In this document: positions 23,220 to 34,372 of the stretch, in pieces
How the letters are laid out: the number at the start of each line of letters is the position of its first letter
How positions within the stretch are numbered: position 1 is the stretch's first letter
From: Felis catus
Taxonomy: Eukaryota
Reading direction: 5' to 3'
Length of the DNA: 64,000 nt
NCBI RefSeq assembly: GCF_018350175.1
Contig: NC_058379.1
Location: forward strand, 13,330,001 to 13,394,000
Position numbers and translations under genes: made by a program
The notes under the pieces: model-generated
The model's input: only the letters and a program-made list of their open reading frames with translations
The model's database searches: none
Told to the model about the DNA's origin: nothing

Positions 23220-24089
23220 TGGACAAAGAGTTTACTAAATGGCTTGAATTAGTCAGTCTCCCAGGCTTTGCTGAGGGCCTGTATATGTGTTGGGCATACT
23301 TCCCATGCTGTGGCAGGCAGTTTATAATGTCTAGGCTTCACTTCTGCTTTTGCAGACTCTCAAAGTCAGCCAGAGTTGAGAGAGGAGGGCCTTCTCAAGT
23401 ATTTCTCGGGCATACCCATAGTTTTGCATGCGTGCATGGCCTTCTACATTCCCGGGACTTCATCAGAGCTTTTCGTGGACAGCGGATACCCCAGTTTTTT
23501 CTCTGCAGCTGTTTGGTTAGCCTCTTTTATCCCCAGATGGTAGAACAGCCCCAGTGACTGTGATGTTAAAGAATTGCCACTGATTGTTTTTGACAAATGC
23601 CCTGGGGATATAACTAAGTGAGTTCTGGGTCAGGTCAGATAAAGACAAACCCTAAGAATGGAGCTTTCCAGCTGTCTGTCAGACAGGCCACATGGTGACA
23701 ATTCTCTGGGAATGGGATTTTTAGGGAGCTCTAAACGCCCTTGACCCCTCCAGTGACTGCTAGGCCGTGAGGCTGTTGGTTTTCCTAGCTATTACAGTTG
23801 CCTTGGAAACCAAGGCCACCACAGAACTGGGGGAGGAGGACGAGACTAGGTTAAATTAAAACATTGCAAAGCTCACTATTTTCACTGAGATTAAGCCATT
23901 AAAAAATATGTATGGCTATATATGTATATCCATACCTATACATATATATATCTCCCTGGGTTGTTGTCTTTCATTAATTTTCAAAGTCCTAAAAAAGTTG
24001 ATTTTGACAGTTTTTATAGTGTCCCCATGGCTTTTATGGAGGAGTAGAATTTCAGAGGTCTTTTCTCTCCCATTCTGGAAGTGCTTCCA

Positions 24090-24555
24090 TAGATATATAA
24101 AATTTGGGAACTTGTTCTTTCCTAATTGCCTTTCTCTATATATGCTGACACCTAGCTTATTCGTGTTAACTTCTGTATAGTATTCTAATTTGTAAATAAA
24201 CCACAGCTTATTCATCTACCCTCTTAGTAAAAGAGAGCTATTGCTTTCTAATTTTTGTTTGTATCAATAATGCAATAATAAACATCTTTGTACAGGCCTC
24301 TGTGCACACGTGTTTGAGTGTCTCTAGGGCGTCTATCTAGAAATGTATTTGCTGCAGCATAGGGTATGTGTATCTTTAGTTTTACTTGGTATTTCCAAAT
24401 TTCTAATCCACCAGAAAATGCCAAGCCTCCGGGAGCAAATAAGAGTTCTAATTTTTGTCACAGTCTTGCCAACATTTGGAATCATCAGATTTTATTCAAT
24501 TTTGATGACCGAATGGGCATGAAATGGTCATCTCATTGTCTCTTAATTTGTATTT
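24090..24555 (-). mobile_element. L1ME-like continuation
   Basis: TGTATAGTATTC..AATAATGC.ATAATAAACATC.TTGTACA..TTGCCAACA. Confidence 0.7.
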
Positions 24556-24689
24556 GGAGGCGGCTATTAGCCTGGTAAGGTGTAGAGAAGCCAGTGGGAG
24601 CCAGTATTCTCAGTGAAAAATGTATCTTTTCGCTGTCCCCTCTGAGGCCAGACCCTAATGGGCAACTCTGCCCCTCTCCTCCCACAGCT

Positions 24690-24893
24690 GCAGATCTCTT
24701 CCCAGTTGAGCTTCAGATGAGACCACAGCCCTGCCAGATCTCTTGCTCGCAGCCTCGTGCGATCCTAAGTAGTGGGCCAGGAGAAGCCTTGTGTGGACTC
24801 CAATCCACGGGAACTATAGGATCATAAATACGTGTTGTTCAAAGCCTCCAAGCTTGTGGGAATGTTGCTCTGCAGTGATAGGTAACTAATATA
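24690..24893 (+). mobile_element. MLT1E/F LTR 3' fragment
   Basis: CCCAGTTGAGCTTCAGATGAGACCACAGCCC..TAACTAATATA. Confidence 0.75.
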
Positions 24894-25361
24894 GGAGGGA
24901 TGGATAGGTTGCCAACCTTTGGGATTCGGAGGGTCTCCTTTAGTGGGTCTGGGCTCTACCCCATGAGAGAACACAGGACCTAAGTCCCAGAGACCATCGT
25001 CTGTTTACTTTTCTGTCTCTCTGATGTCATGCCCCTGCAGGTGGGGGCCATGTCTATACCCCCGGGGCCCTGCACAGAGTGTGGCACAGCATGGGTGATC
25101 CATCGTTACATGTCAAATCCTAAATCGATATGTGAGATCCAACGGCCTCGGATCTGGGGAAGCACAGTTACAAAACTCAACGAACCAGGCAGGCCTAAAG
25201 ATCCTCAGGAACAAGTTCAGTGTCTGAAGCTGAAATAGCCCATTTGGTCTCTTTATGAGGAGCAACAAGGGAGCCCCATGGGAAGCAGGAGCGTTACCCC
25301 AGCTGACTATAACCTTGAGTGTGCACTGGGTCCTGATGAAGGCTTGGGGAGGTACAGGGCA

Positions 25362-25560
25362 GTGGTGAATACAAGGGCTCTGGAGCCCATCGGATTTGGC
25401 CCAAAAGCTTGACTCAGCCCCTCCCTGGTTTCCTTTCATTGCTAAGCCTCCGTTTCTCATCTGTAAAATGGGGCTAATAGTCATCCTTCTCTTGCACAGC
25501 TATTGTGAGGATTAATGAACACATGTGAATCCTTAGCACATAGTAAATGCTCAGTTAACA
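25362..25560 (+). mobile_element. MIR
   Basis: GGGCTCTGGAGC..CTCATCTGTAAAATGGGG..TGTGAGGATTAA..CACATAGTAAATGCTCA. Confidence 0.85.
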
Positions 25561-26059
25561 CTTCCAGTGAGACACACACTCGAACAGATCTCCTTCGTGG
25601 AAGTTGGTGAGTCCCAGGCAGCGAAAGACATGCAGACCAGAGCCTAACTTTCCTTTCCTGGTGCCACAGGAAGCTGGCTCCACCCGACGCATGCCAAGGA
25701 GAAGAGGAAACTTGGAGGGGTGCCGGGGCAGTAGCGGGGGAGGGACGATGCTAAGAAGCTGCTAGTTTCTCTTTCTCTTTCTTAGAGAACGGCTGTCCGG
25801 GCCCAGAGAGTTACAGGCGACAGGACCAGCCTGACATGCAAACACAGTCATAGCTGTACAATTGAGGTAACTAGAGGCACACACAGAATCCCCACCCCCC
25901 ACCCCCAAATCACCCACAGGCCTATCACTGCACCTGAGATTTCCACCATCCAAACTGCTCCTAGAGGTCCCTGGGGAATTTACCCACACTCACCCAACGT
26001 CTGTTTAGTGCCCACTGCGTACAGATCATTGTGGGAGAAAGATCCACGCGCGTCTGTCT

Positions 26060-26225
26060 TGTGCTTTACAAGGTACTTTAGTAGCTAATCTGGTCACTGC
26101 AACAACGGTATGAGGTAGGTATTTACGATTATCCCCATTTTGCAGAGGAGGAAACTGAGGCCCGGTGATTGAGGGGCTTACGTAAGTAGCAGAGCCAGAA
26201 AGCAAACCAGGGTTTGGCTCCAGGT
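26060..26225 (-). mobile_element. MIR
   Basis: TATGAGGTAGGTA..ATCCCCATTTTGCAGAGGAGGAAACTGAGGC. Confidence 0.85.
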
Positions 26226-27439
26226 GTTTTCTGGTTCATCCCAGCTGCTCTCCAGAAGTTTACAGAAAACAAATAGGTCAGCCCATCGAGAAAGTGGTCA
26301 ACGGCTTCTCAAACTTAGTTCTCTGGTGTTCTGGGGGGTCCCCGGGATGCTGGAGGGTGGAAGAGGGTGACGGGTGGTAGCCCCGAGCCTTGGATGCCCC
26401 ACGCACCTTCCCCACACCCTCCTCCCTTTCGTCTGTCTCCAGAGGTACACTGTGCTCGATGTGCCAGGGCACATGATACAACAGTAAAACCCACCAAGAG
26501 TTTCTGGAACATCTATCGTGCATCAAGCCCGGAATGGGGGTTGTGGCGGGGAGTCATTTCAGGGACTGTAAGAGGAGCCTACGAAACAACCCCCTTGTGA
26601 AAACTTGCAGAACAATGAAAAATGACGGAACGGCTCAATCTAGCAACGGACGAGCTGTCTCACAGCCGCATCTGCTACCCTAATTAATCGCTTCAACGGT
26701 GACTTGGGTGGTCAAGGGAGGGCACGGATCTGTTGAACTGAGTAACCCAGCACCAGCCATTATCAGCAACAGGGAGCCGGAACCTGGGGTGATGAAACCG
26801 GGGCCGGGCAAGTTGGAACAGGGAGGAGCCACAGGGAAGACACTCCTTAGCGAGGTGTTTCGGACTGGCTAGGTGCAGAACTGCCTCTCTGAACAGCACC
26901 CAACTCTGCACCCCGCAGATGAGGGCTGACCCTCTGAAAAGCACTCCCCCACCCCTCCTGCACCTCCTCCTATCCCCCCTCCCTCTTGCCGGCCCACCAA
27001 CCCTGCTGGACAGGGACCGCAAGGCAGGCCATCCTGCAGGCCGGGCTGAAATCCCGGCCTTACTGATCTGTTACTTAAATGTTTGGACAATAATGTCGCC
27101 CGTCCAATGGGGCTTCCTGGATAGCGAGCCAGATAATGCGCACGCGGGGCCTGGTGCCATTGGTTCCTGGCACGTGACAAGTCCTCAGTGAATGTTACTG
27201 GCTATCCTCTGCAGCCACATTCAATGCGGGCAGGCTGGGAACGAGGTCTTCTTGGCTTTTACTCACTCATTTAACAGGCTTTTCACGGGCACCCACTCTG
27301 GGCCAGCCACGGCACAGGGAGCTGAGACCAGAGGTTGAAAAGTGGATTTTCCTCAAGCAGCTCTCGGTCTGGAGGGAGGCAGATAGCGGAAACAGTTTCA
27401 GTTCCTTGTAAGTATTGGGACGTCCGCTTGATAACAAGG

Positions 27440-27625
27440 GGGTAGCTGCTATTAACCGAGCACCTGCCATGTGCCAGTTATGACGCCCTTGTATTCCCAT
27501 CTCATTTGATGCAGAGGAGAGCCTTCCTTTACAGATGGAAAAGCTGAGGTCTGCAAGGCTCTGAAAGGTCACTGCCCAAGGTCACATGGCCAGCGGTGGC
27601 CCATCTGGGCTTCCAGTCCAGGGTG
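27440..27625 (-). mobile_element. MIR
   Basis: TTTACAGATGGAAAAGCTGAGG..TGCCCAAGGTCACA. Confidence 0.75.
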
Positions 27626-28339
27626 GATGACAGTTCACCAAAGGTCGCAGCAAATGTAAAGTTGTGGAGGTTTGCGAGATCACGGAGAAGTCAGAACGGA
27701 CAAAACGTAACATGCTTGGGACGCTGGGCCCCCCGCAGGTAATTCAGGCCTTGAAGCAGAGCCACCAGGATGGAGCAAGCAGGTGCCCCCCGAGTTGCAG
27801 CCTCACAACGATCAGCTTTCGGCGATTTACATTCACGAGATGCGTTCATATACGCGAAGCGCTTAGGATCAGGCTTTGACTTGAACGTGGGTCTGGGTTT
27901 AAGCCTGGTGCAAAGTCAGTGCTCTGACGTGTCAGCCGCTGCTTGGTATCCCAGCAGGCCTTGCTTCCGCACGGTTCCCAGATGCGTGCATCTCAGTGCC
28001 CATGCTTACACAGGAACACCAGCCCCCACCCCCCCAACAACACGGCTCAGACTTCACTTAGCGCGGCGTTCGGAGCGTGCGTCCTCACGCAAAGCACAAA
28101 CTTCGCTGTTAAGCCCTTCCGTCCCCAGATCGCTGTGTAAATAATAGATGCGTGTCACGACCGGTGACCGAGCGTGTCACTTCCTTCAAAGTCTGCTCCT
28201 GATTGGTCACCGGGCCCCTGCTGCTCAGTGCACGCATGGACAGCTAGGCGTGTAGCTGCGTTGCCTCCTTGCCACCGGGGGACAGCCCATGTGACATTTT
28301 ACACGAATAGGTCATAAAAAGAAGTTCAGGGCAGCAAAG

Positions 28340-28667
28340 AAAAGATAGATAGTAGAGGCTGGTAAGTCCAAAACCTGCAGGGGTAGGCTGGCAGGTTGGA
28401 GACCAGCTGATGCTGCGGCTTGATCCAAAGGCCATCTGGTGGCTGAATTCCCTCTTCCTTGCAGGAGGTTAGTCGTTTCCTATTGAGGCCTTCCACTGAT
28501 TAGATGAGGCCCACCCACCATATGGAGAATCACCCGCTTTACTCAAAGCCCACCAATTTAAATGTTAATTGCATCTGAAAAATACCTTCACAGACATACC
28601 CAGAGTCATCTTTGACCAAATATCTGGGAACCGTGGCCTAGCTGAGTTGGCATAAAATAACCATTCA
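28340..28667 (-). mobile_element. MLT2D-like ERVL LTR
   Basis: GAGGCTGG.AAGTCCAAAA, GATGAGGCCCACCCAC, TTTGACCAAATATCTGGG. Confidence 0.85.
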
Positions 28668-28985
28668 AAAATTATAGAAATAGATGACTCTGAGAATGTT
28701 GATGCTGCTTCAATTTAAGAGGTTCTAGAACTGCCACCAGAGGAAGACACATTTACTGACATAAATGAGGGAAGTGGTCGTGACGAAAAGGATGAAGACA
28801 TCCCAGAGAAAGTGAGGCCAGCGGGAACTCTCAGAATGTCACGACACTGGACGGTACAAAGGATAAGATGTGGGAAGGTGATCCTATCTTGTGCCAAGGC
28901 TTATAAAAGATGCTCCCTCCACAGTATTAGTTAAACAACCAGAAGAAAGAGGCGAGCACTGTTCAAACTATTCTGGACAATTTTT

Positions 28986-29208
28986 TATTTTTATTTTTTA
29001 ATTGTTTTTATTTATTTTTGAAGGAGAGAGAGAGAGACAGAGCATGAGCAGGGGAGGGGCAGAGAAAGAGGGAGACATAGAATCCGAAGCAGCTCCAGGC
29101 TCTAAGCTGTCAGCACAGAGCCCGACGCGGGGCTCGAACTCACAAACTGTGAGATCGTGACCTGAGCCGAAGTCAGATGCTCAACCGACTGAGCCACCCA
29201 GGCGCCCC
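28986..29208 (-). mobile_element. CanSINE
   Basis: TSD CTGGACAATTTTT at 28973 and 29209. Confidence 0.95.
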
Positions 29209-30321
29209 CTGGACAATTTTTATAGAAAGAAATACAACGCTCCTGCTCTCAGTGTTTCCGATGTTCTAAATTAAAGTATATTAAATACATGTTAGTGTTG
29301 CTATCTTTTCATATCCTTAAACATTTATCACTGACAGTAAGAGAGTTTTCAATGTTTTGACAAAAAAATGCTAAAGGTCACACAATAATGTTATTTTATC
29401 CCATCGATTCGCAAGATCGTTTTGTGTCATTCCTGCTGGTGCAGTCATTCTTACCGTCTGCACGACCGTCTGACCGTCGAAGGTCTGTCTGCTTTCCTCG
29501 TAACATCATTAACATTACCATCATCGTCGTCACCATGGTCACTGCCAGCAGGCAGGCTGGGCAAATGCCCGGGATGGCCGGCTGGACATCCAGCTCCTTC
29601 TGACACCCTTTTCTGAGTCAGGAATAGGGGGCCTCCTTGCAAAATGCCAGGCCAACGCCCTGCCCTGCGCTGGCCAACACCATCCTCCCTCTCCAAGGGC
29701 TGTGGGACTCTCTGTAGCCCCAGAAAGTTCCCAAGGAGGACAACTCGATTTACACACCAATAAAAATAACTCAGGGGTGATAAACAGCCTCACGTCTCCA
29801 GAATAAGCCACTCTTACGCAACGTGTCTTGATTTCACCAGCCCTACAGGACACTGGGAGGCGTCACTGAGGCCAACTGAGACGTACGCCCTGGCTGACCC
29901 CACAGGGCGGGGGCCCCTCTGGCCATAACGTCTAGAGACCAACGACTTTGGCTGGGATTTGGGGTGGTTGGTTCATTCCCAACAGAAGACACATTGAAAG
30001 AGCACAGCCAACTGACTGATGGAGTGATCGATTGATTGGTTGATTGGAATATGTGATACTTCTTTTCACGCTTTATTTTTGGCAGGGTGCATGAGAAACC
30101 GATGGTCATAGCAGAAGACTCGGATTACACACAGGCCAAGAGCAAAAAAATCAAAAGCACCCAGAGTCCAACCACCAGGGAGCATCACTGTTGCCTTCAC
30201 TCTTGCAGACCTTGCCAGAGCTGTCGAGAGTACACGGTATAGGGCTTCAGACTGTGGCCCACGGGCTTGCTTCACTTCTCTGCGTGGTTTCCCCATCAGG
30301 AAACCAGGGATAACAACAGCA

Positions 30322-30527
30322 GGGGGGCTCCCAGGGGCTCAGTCGGTGAAGCGTCTGACTCTTGATTTTGGATCAGGTCCTGATCTCACGGTTTGTGAGT
30401 TTGAGCCCCGCATCGGACTCTGTGCTGACAGCGCAGAGCCTGCTTGGGATTCTCTCTCTCTCTCTCTCTCTCTCGGCCCCTCTCCTGCTCTCTCTCTCTC
30501 TCAAAATAAAGAAATAAAACTTTAAAA
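30322..30527 (+). mobile_element. CanSINE (older) within a MIR fragment
   Basis: Head, (CT)n linker, tail. Confidence 0.93.
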
Positions 30528-30949
30528 GGTTGCCGTACGGAAAGAAGCCAAAACCAAGACCCTTGTGGTTAAGCCTTTGTGCGTATCCTTAATTGTTTCT
30601 TACGGATAAATTCTTGGGCATACAACAATAGCGTCAAAGAGGATGCACATTTTGATGGTTTTGTTCATCTCTTTCCAAGGCAGCGACCTGATTGAAATGG
30701 GCTACTTGGGACTTGACTAATGGTTAAGCCTCTGACCGGGGCCACACAACAGCTGTCACAACTCGAATGTCAGCTCCGTGAAGGCAAGGAGAGTGTCTGC
30801 CCTGTTCGCTGCTGTATCCCCACTGCCTCCTGCAAAAACCAAATCAGCTCAGAGGAACCAGCTGGGACCAACGGAAGCCCGAAGGTCTCTCTACAGTTCT
30901 GCTAAGCACTTTATATAGAGGCTAACCTGGATTCTTTCACCCTGCAGGC

Positions 30950-31200
30950 TTTGTTAAATTCTGTAATGAATAAAATATCAGCCAACGCACTTCAAAGAGA
31001 AAAGGAGGGTGCGAGAAACTCCCCAGAAGGAGAAAGCTAGAACAAAGCAAGGCGGCTATGAGAGGCGTAAATAAATAAATGCATCATTTGTATTGTCATT
31101 TGATTGACACGTCTTGAATCATTTATGGCGAGCTCCGCCTCTTTCTAATAATATGGAAATCGGAAACATGTTGCTTTCAGTCACGATTATGAGTGAGTCT
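30950..31200. promoter_or_regulatory. Candidate developmental enhancer (TALE/HOX/FOX motif cluster)
   Basis: Repeat-free AT-rich island with GTAAATA, TGTCA, TGATTGACA and TTTATGG within 65 bp; motif evidence only. Confidence 0.4.
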
Positions 31201-31604
31201 CAGAGAATGTTCACAGGTGAGGGAGACGGATGTCGGCGTCAGCACAGCCACGAAGGTGCTCCGTGCTGGACGGGTTTCCGCGTGCAGCCACTGTGGGCTT
31301 CCCGAGGTGACACGTGGTCAGAGAGGGGGGTGTTGCTGGACCTTGTAAAAATGATCACCCGGTCGTCAAAGGCGTATCGAGCGCCCACCGTGCACCAGGC
31401 ACTGTGCTGAAGGCCGGGGCTGTACGGGACTGACCACTTGCTTCGCTGAGACCAAACCCTGGGCGGGGGCCTAGGGGCCACTTGGCACCATGGGGGATGC
31501 GTGCCAGCAGAAATTCAACAGATGCGCAGAAACAGGAGAGCGAGACAGGTACAGAAACAGGCAGCCACCTCCCCCACCTCGGCAGGGCTTACTCTCTCTC
31601 TCTC

Positions 31605-31811
31605 TTTCAGTGTTTATTTAGTTTGAGAGAGAGAGAGAGAGAGAGCATGAGCAGGGGAAGGGCAGAGAGCGGGGCGGGGGGAAGACAGAATCCCAAGCAG
31701 GCTCCACACTGGCAGCTCAGAGCCTGAGCTCGAACTCACGAGCCGTGAGATCGTGACCTGAGCCGAGATTAAGAGCCAGATGCTTAGCCAACAGAGCCAC
31801 TCAGGTGCCCC
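31605..31811 (-). mobile_element. CanSINE (older)
   Basis: TSD GGGCTTACTCT. Confidence 0.93.
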
Positions 31812-32002
31812 TGGGCTTACTCTTTTAAAATAATGCTTCCTGCGCCTCAACTGCTCCCATTCTCCCAGATGCCTTAGAGGTCATAGGCTGAGGAGTCTTC
31901 TGGATGCTGCAGACCGACCCAGCTTTGGCTCCTGGCTCTGCAGCTTACTGGAGGAATGGACTCATCTTTCCTAGCCTCCTTTTTCTCATCTGAAAGAGGG
32001 GA

Positions 32003-32160
32003 GTACTGCCAGATAAAATACAAGTCGCTTTGTTAACATAAGTATATCCCAACTACGGAATGGGATATACTTATACTGAAAATCGTATTCGTTGTTCCTC
32101 TGAAATTCCAGTTGAACTTGACGGCTGTTGTTTTGTTTTTCACTAAAACCAGCAGCCCTA
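32003..32160. mobile_element. MER53 palindromic hAT MITE (one arm partly deleted), inside a MIR
   Basis: TGCCAGATAAAATACA start, central ATAAGTAT.TCCCA..TGGGA.ATACTTAT palindrome, TATTCGTTGTT..CTGAAATTC, GCCCTA end. Confidence 0.85.
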
Positions 32161-32448
32161 GAAGGGGAGATTGTGATGGCTTCTGATGGATGCCTCTCAA
32201 GAGCGTGGCGTTGAGTGAAAAAGGCAACAGAACGGGATTTATTGCTCAATAACATTTATGTAAATCAAACGCACACAAAATGGTATAGATTTTCACTTAT
32301 AGGTAAATAAACACATGGGGAGTGCTGGCCTCTGGCAGGTGGCCAGATGCACTGAAAGGACATGCAGTAAATAAGCGGGTGCTGAGGTGGAGGGTGGCAG
32401 CTGAAGAGGAGAATGGGGGTGGAGGAGGAATAATAACCTGCAAAATGG

Positions 32449-32650
32449 GGGGTGCTGGGGTAGCATGGTCCGTTAAGCATCTGAGTCTTGACTTCGGCTC
32501 AGATCATGATCTCACAGTTTGTGAGATCGAGCCCCATGTTGGGCTCCGTGCCGACAGCGCAGAGCCTGCTTGGGATTCTCTCTCTCCCTCTCTCTCTCTC
32601 TGCCCCTCCCCTGCTCTCACTCTCTCTTTCTCTCAAAATAAATAAATACA
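32449..32650 (+). mobile_element. CanSINE (older)
   Basis: Head, CT linker, tail. Confidence 0.9.
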
Positions 32651-32681
32651 CTTTATTTTTTTATAGGTAAAGAAAGCCCAT

Positions 32682-32895
32682 TTAATTTTTTTATTAACGT
32701 TTATTTTTAAGAGAGACAGAGACAGAACACGAGTGGAGGAGGGGCAGAGACAGAGGGAGACACAGACTCCGAAGCAGGCTCCAGGCTCCCAGCTGTCAGC
32801 ACAGAGCCCGACACGGGGCTCGAGCCCACAAACCGTGAGATCATGACCTGAACCGAAGGCCAGATGCTTAACCGACTGAGGCCCCCAGGCGCCCC
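32682..32895 (-). mobile_element. CanSINE
   Basis: Ends CCAGGCGCCCC. Confidence 0.93.
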
Positions 32896-32924
32896 ATCAA
32901 TAAACTTTAAAATAAAATAAAGTA

Positions 32925-33150
32925 GGGGCGCCTGGGTGGCTCAGTCCGTTAAGCGTCCGACTTCAGCTCGGGTCATGATCTCACAGTCCGTGAGTTCGAG
33001 CCCCGCGTCGGGCTCTGTGCTGACAGCTCGGAGCCTGGAGCCTGCTCCCGATTCTGTGACTCCTTGCCCCTCTGCCCCTCCACCTCTCACGCTCTGTCTC
33101 TCTCTCAAAAAAAAATAAACACTAAAAAACATTTAAATAATAATAAAAAA
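32925..33150 (+). mobile_element. CanSINE
   Basis: GGGGCGCCTGGGTGGCTCAG head through A tail. Confidence 0.95.
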
Positions 33151-33339
33151 CAGGACGGATCTTGTACATCAGAGATCTCTTGTACAGAGATCTTGTACAT
33201 CAGTGTACACCAAAGGTGTGCACTCAACCATGGCACTGTGACTGAACACAGTGAGTGAAACGCCCAGATGTCAGGAGGAATTAGCTTTGGGTCTTAAGTT
33301 GCCCACTCGTTGGCCACGTGACTTCAGGCAAGCAACGTC

Positions 33340-34372
33340 TCTGGAATGTTTTCCAGCACCACCAACCACGGCTCTGATTCTTTGTACGTCAGCTGGGCGT
33401 CCGCCATTTCAACTCGACTCTGACACTCGCCACCCAGAGCTCACACAGACCCTCAGGTTAAGGGGGCTCGGTCCCACAAGACTGCCCCCACTTCGGGCCC
33501 CAACCCAAGCCCAGGCTGTTACTGTGCTTCTGACCGACCAGGTATAAATCAGGGATTCTCATGACCGACCCCCCTTGGGTTTGAGCGTTTGCTAGAACGG
33601 CTCCCCAAACTCAGGGAAACATTTACTTATTATAAAGGATATATAGGTTTCTTATCAAGGACACAGGTGAACAGCCAGATGAAGAGGCACATGAGGGGAG
33701 GTCAGGAAGGGCTCCAAGTGCAGGAGCTTCTGTCCCCACAAAGCTGGGGTGCACCACCCTCCTGGCACAAGGATGTGCTCACCATCCCGGAAGTTCGTCG
33801 AATCTCCCTGCTCAAGAGAAATTTAACCTCCACTTCCCCCTCTTCCCAGAGGTCTGGTGGATGGGATGGGAAGGTCCATCCCTCTAATCACGTGGTCTTT
33901 CCGGTGACCGGCCCCATCCTGAGGCTATGTAGGGGCCCCACCCTAAGTCATCCTCATTAGAATAAACTCAGGTGTGGCAAAAGATACTCCTCTAGGCTCA
34001 TCACTCCGGAGGCTTTCAGGAACTGGGGACAGAACCGAAAATTTTTTTTGTTTAAGTTTGTTTGTTTTGAGAAAGGGGGCACAGAGAGTGGGGGAGGGGC
34101 AGAGAAGGAGAGACAGAATCCCAAGCAGGCTCCACGCCATCAGCGCAGAGCCCCATGTGGGGCTCAAACGCAAACCCCACGTGACCTGAGCCAAAATCTG
34201 GAGTCAAGACGCTTAACCGACTGCACCACCCAGGAACCCCAATAACCCAAATATTATAATAAAAGACACTCTTATGACTCTTACCACCTAGGACATTACA
34301 AAGGCTTTAGGAGCTTTGTGCCAGGAACAGGGCATGGGACAAAGGCCAAAATGTATTTCGTATTCCATCACA
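33340..34372 (-). mobile_element. MER21-like ERV solo LTR (SINE-interrupted)
   Basis: GTCCCACAAGACTGCCCCCACTTC, GAACAGCCAGATGAAGAG, GGAGCTTCTGTCCCC, ..CCAAAAT.TATTTC..ATCACA end. Confidence 0.8.
34042..34240 (-). mobile_element. CanSINE (older)
   Basis: GACAGAATCCCAAGCAGGCTCCA..GCTTAACCGACTG. Confidence 0.9.

Larger units (their letters stand above)
16465..24090 (-). mobile_element. Long degenerate ancient L1 (L1MB/L1M4-like): 3'UTR, ORF2 remnants and 5' region; no intact ORF
   Basis: GCTTTAT..AGATA.AATTCACA 3' end, ORF2-like IQKSIVFLY remnant (19154-19417 ORF), GAATTCACCAGTGAAGCCATCTG, 5'-like end AAAGTTGATTTTGACA. Confidence 0.85.
27952..29491 (+). mobile_element. Tigger-family (Tigger13a-like) non-autonomous DNA transposon, interrupted by MLT2 and a SINE
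   Basis: GCACGGTTCC 5' TIR region, CACTTC.TTCAAAGTCTG..TGATTGGTCAC, GACGAAAAGGATGAAGA..CCCAGAG, GCACTGTTCAAACTA. Confidence 0.75.

Noticed and set aside
28690-28980. Acidic, transposase-like coding stretch (..DEKDEDIPE..)
   Set aside because: Remnant within the Tigger element with stops and indels; not a domesticated gene
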